Shown here one piece after another: positions 60,964-64,000 of a stretch of 64,000 nucleotides of DNA; the stretch's first letter is position 1; each line of letters begins with the position of its first letter. A model generated the notes under the pieces. It had not been told where the DNA came from, made no database searches, and saw nothing but the letters and a program-made list of their open reading frames with translations. The translations under genes were made by a program, and so were the position numbers. This DNA comes from Selaginella moellendorffii (Eukaryota > Plantae > Lycopodiophyta), in NCBI RefSeq assembly GCF_000143415.4, contig NW_003314264.1, positions 3,357,710-3,421,709 of the forward strand, written 5' to 3'.

Positions 60964-62694
60964 ATGCGAAAAACTCGAGAGAGAGGCCTGTGCACAGCTA
61001 GGGATCGCATTTTTGGGGTGGATTCGAGCTCTCAGGGAGGTAAATACGATAGAAGTAGCGCCAGGAAGCAGCTCGATCAGGCGGTAGCAAGGCTCGAATC
61101 GGAGAGATCTGCGGCTAGCCGCGACAGCTACGAGCAGCTCTTGAGGCAATGCGGCAGCTGCAAATCCCTGGTCCATGGGAGGCGTGTCCACTCCCACATT
61201 GCCAGTGTGGGGAAATCCCTTCTCGGCCCTTGTCTCCAGAACGCGCTGGTCCAAATGTATGGCAAATGCCGCAGCATGAAGGAGGCGCTCGCGGTTTTTT
61301 CCACCATAGCCAGGAAGAACACGTACTCGTACAACATTCTCATCTCCGCGGCTGCCAGGAACGGCCTCTACAGAGAAGCTCTCAACGCATTCGAGCGCAT
61401 GAAAAGAGAAGGGATTCCTCGCGACAAGTTCACGTACGCGGATGTGATCACCGCCTGCTGCTCCCTCAAGGATCTGGCTAGAGGCCGAGCTGTTCACGCT
61501 GGACTCCTCGTCTCCGGCATCCAGCCGGATGATTTCCTCCGCGTGGCTTTGCTCAACATGTACGCCAAGCTCGGGAGCTTGGGCGAGGCCACCCGGATCT
61601 TCCACTCCATGCCGACGGACAACGTCGTCGCCTGGAACGTGATGATCGCGGCATTCTCACAGAGCGATCGGCCATCCCTGGCGCTCGAGTTCTACTGGAA
61701 GATGCTTGCCGGGGGCACAAGGCCGGACTTTTGCACGCTCATCAGCACCCTGAGCGCCGTGTCATGCTTGAGGCTTCTCTCGCATGGCCGCGCGATCCAC
61801 GACTCGATCCAGGCGCACGGCTATTGCTCGGACGTGATCCTGGACACCGCGCTCGTCGACATGTATGGAAAGTGTGGCAGCCTCGACGACGCGAGGATGG
61901 TTTTCGACAAGATGCCCGAGAGAGACATCGTCACCTGGAATGCGATGATCGCAGCTTACTCCCAGCACGGCCAAGGGGACAAAGCTTTCGAGCTCTACGC
62001 GGAGATGGAGCCGCAGGGATTCAAGCCGGAGCTCGTCACACTCGTCAACCTCCTCACCGCGAGCTGCTGCTTGGGCGATTTGAGCCGGGGGAAAGCAATG
62101 CATTCCCGGATAATCGACGACAAGCTGGAGCTCACGCTCGTTGCCGAGAACGCCATCGTCAACATGTACGCCAAGTGTGGGAGCCTCGCGCAGGCGAAGC
62201 TCGCGTTCGATGGGATGATCCACCCGAGGGACGTGATCAGCTGGAACGCGATCATAGCTGGGAATGCCGAGAACGGTGGCACCGAGACCTCGCTCCAGCT
62301 CGCCAAGGACATGGTTCTCGACGGCGTGGCGCCCGACGCGACGACTTTCACCTGCGTGCTGCTGTGCTGCAGCCATGGAGGGCGGCTGGAGCAAGGTAGG
62401 AGCTACTTCCTCTCCATGGTTTCGGATTTCCAGCTCTCACCATCGTCTGCGCATTACCAGAGCCTGATCGATCTGCTGGGACGGGCCGGGCGGCTCGAGG
62501 AAGCGGAGGAGCTTATGAGCGTGATGCCATACCAGCCAGGAGTTGCGGGAGTGCGAGCTTACCTGGGGGCCTGCCGGACGCACTTTGACGAGGAGAGAGG
62601 ATCGTCTGCTGGAGAGCTCGCCTGGGAGATGTACCCCGACGATCCCTCCAGCTACGTCCTCACGTCAAACATCGTTCGCAATACCGCGGTATGA
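60964..62694 (+). CDS. PLS-class PPR protein with E domain
   Basis: 576-aa intronless ORF; repeated ALVDMYGKCGSL..A..VFD.M..RD.V.WNAMI motifs; HYQSLIDLLGRAGRLEEAEEL. Confidence 0.95.
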   Translation: MRKTRERGLCTARDRIFGVDSSSQGGKYDRSSARKQLDQAVARLESERSAASRDSYEQLLRQCGSCKSLVHGRRVHSHIASVGKSLLGPCLQNALVQMYGKCRSMKEALAVFSTIARKNTYSYNILISAAARNGLYREALNAFERMKREGIPRDKFTYADVITACCSLKDLARGRAVHAGLLVSGIQPDDFLRVALLNMYAKLGSLGEATRIFHSMPTDNVVAWNVMIAAFSQSDRPSLALEFYWKMLAGGTRPDFCTLISTLSAVSCLRLLSHGRAIHDSIQAHGYCSDVILDTALVDMYGKCGSLDDARMVFDKMPERDIVTWNAMIAAYSQHGQGDKAFELYAEMEPQGFKPELVTLVNLLTASCCLGDLSRGKAMHSRIIDDKLELTLVAENAIVNMYAKCGSLAQAKLAFDGMIHPRDVISWNAIIAGNAENGGTETSLQLAKDMVLDGVAPDATTFTCVLLCCSHGGRLEQGRSYFLSMVSDFQLSPSSAHYQSLIDLLGRAGRLEEAEELMSVMPYQPGVAGVRAYLGACRTHFDEERGSSAGELAWEMYPDDPSSYVLTSNIVRNTAV

Positions 62695-62769
62695 TCCTCT
62701 CAAAGATCTTTCTTTTCTTTTTTGATGGAAGTCTTTGCCTCAATCCTGGCAGAAGAAAAACTCTGGATA

Positions 62770-63555
62770 TCATCTCGAGAGCTCTTCCTGGTGGCGATGA
62801 AAGTGGTCATCGACTATGGCATCAAGTAGCGGTTCCACAAGCCCTCCGGAATCGCTATCTAGCAAAGCGCCCATTGCCACAGACTTGTGGGGAGCCGTGT
62901 CATACATCTCCTTGGCATGCGTTGCCCAGCCATGGCTAACCAGAGCTCCTATCCAAACAACGTACGCCGCATTCCCGTGGAGAGGCATCAGCCGAAACGC
63001 TTCGCTCGCTTCGTCCACAAGTCCATTGCGAGCGTAGCCACGCAGCAGCACTGTCCACAAGATCGAGTTTCGCTCACGGTTGCTGTCAAAGACCATCTTT
63101 GCCTGTTCCATGGCGCCCGCCTTCGCATAAGTATCAACCATAGCCGCCAACTTTGCAGTAGCGTGTGCCCGCGGTATGTTTTCCAGGACGCTAGTGTCCC
63201 ACTCGGGCATCTTGGCGAAAACGTTTCGAGCATCTTCGTCCTGCCCGGCTCTCGCCAGAGCCGCGAGGATCGTGTTCCAGGACACTACATCCCTCTTCCC
63301 TTCCATCCTCTCGAAGCAATCCATGGCTTCCGGGACGCGGCCACACTTGGAGTAGCAACTCAGGAGCGCGTTCCACGCGACAGTGTCGACTTCTCGCGAG
63401 GGGATCCGATCGAACGCCGCCTTTGCATCCTCGGGCTTGCACTGCTCCGCATAGCTTCCAATCATAGCTAATCCCTCTTCCTTGGTGTTCTTGAGCGAAA
63501 TATTTACGCCAGAGCCATAGAGAATTTTACTTACCAGATTCATTAGTTTATTCAT
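62770..63555 (-). CDS. Short or truncated PLS-PPR protein
   Basis: DTVAWNALLSCYSKCGRVPEA..RDVVSWNTILAALARAG; no E domain visible. Confidence 0.7.
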   Translation of the reverse strand: MNKLMNLVSKILYGSGVNISLKNTKEEGLAMIGSYAEQCKPEDAKAAFDRIPSREVDTVAWNALLSCYSKCGRVPEAMDCFERMEGKRDVVSWNTILAALARAGQDEDARNVFAKMPEWDTSVLENIPRAHATAKLAAMVDTYAKAGAMEQAKMVFDSNRERNSILWTVLLRGYARNGLVDEASEAFRLMPLHGNAAYVVWIGALVSHGWATHAKEMYDTAPHKSVAMGALLDSDSGGLVEPLLDAIVDDHFHRHQEELSR

Positions 63556-64000
63556 GTAGATTCTTGCAACTTGCCTCGCCGCCCTGAGGTACGATCACGC
63601 TCAAACGACCTGGATTAATAGCAGTACGATCACGATTGCAATGAACGGCCTGGATTGATCGTAAGCGACTGACGGTGTAGATCAATTTCAATTCATCTTT
63701 CTCCTGCGCGGAGCCAAATTTCCTTTCTTTCTTCTACCGCCATGGAAGTTGTGATCGAATTTGGGAAGCACAAGGGCCAGAAGCTTGGAGAAATTCCTCT
63801 TGGCTATCTTCGCTGGGTATCGACTAAAATGGCGAACGAGAAGATCGGGAAGATCGCAATGGAAGCTCCCCGGCAGCGGCAGATCTCGACCCCATCGCGG
63901 GTGCCAGTAGAGCAACAATCGCCAGCGCCAGGTGATCTCTTGATCTCGATCCCAGGTGATCAAGATCATGAAATCCAGCTGCGCCGCGGGCGTCATGTCC

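Noticed and set aside
63688-63996. ORF at the window edge
   Set aside because: Possibly truncated and has no identifiable family.

Overview
Eukaryotic plant nuclear DNA. The high gene density, ~50-60 nt introns and many PLS-type PPR genes look like a lycophyte such as Selaginella (inference). The left ~28 kb is a nest of transposable elements. The right ~35 kb is ordinary gene space: PPRs, TSJT1/Wali7, tRNA-Thr, TOM9/22, DFO, SDR, GDSL, PLR/IFR, PTI1 kinase, snRNP27, type II 5-phosphatase, AK-HSDH and HIG1, with a repeat island at ~45.6-49.9 kb that contains a complete 5S-bearing Cassandra-like TRIM. The standout is a 13.7 kb DNA transposon (2628-16329) bounded by perfect 22-bp terminal inverted repeats. 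It carries a decayed Sola-like DDE transposase, a divergently transcribed cargo gene with a ParB/Srx-like domain followed by a degenerate amino-methyltransferase-like fold, and an FCP1/NIF phosphatase-like gene. About 30 dispersed copies of one 22-bp palindrome (ATGGCRTGWGGCCWCAYGCCAT) lie between the TIRs, and I saw none outside them. Directly adjacent (16330-21850) is an older relic with a clearer ParB (IIDGNHR) plus beta-class methyltransferase gene. Together these suggest a transposon-borne ParB/parS-like or self-marking system. All domain calls are by eye and need HMM or structure confirmation.
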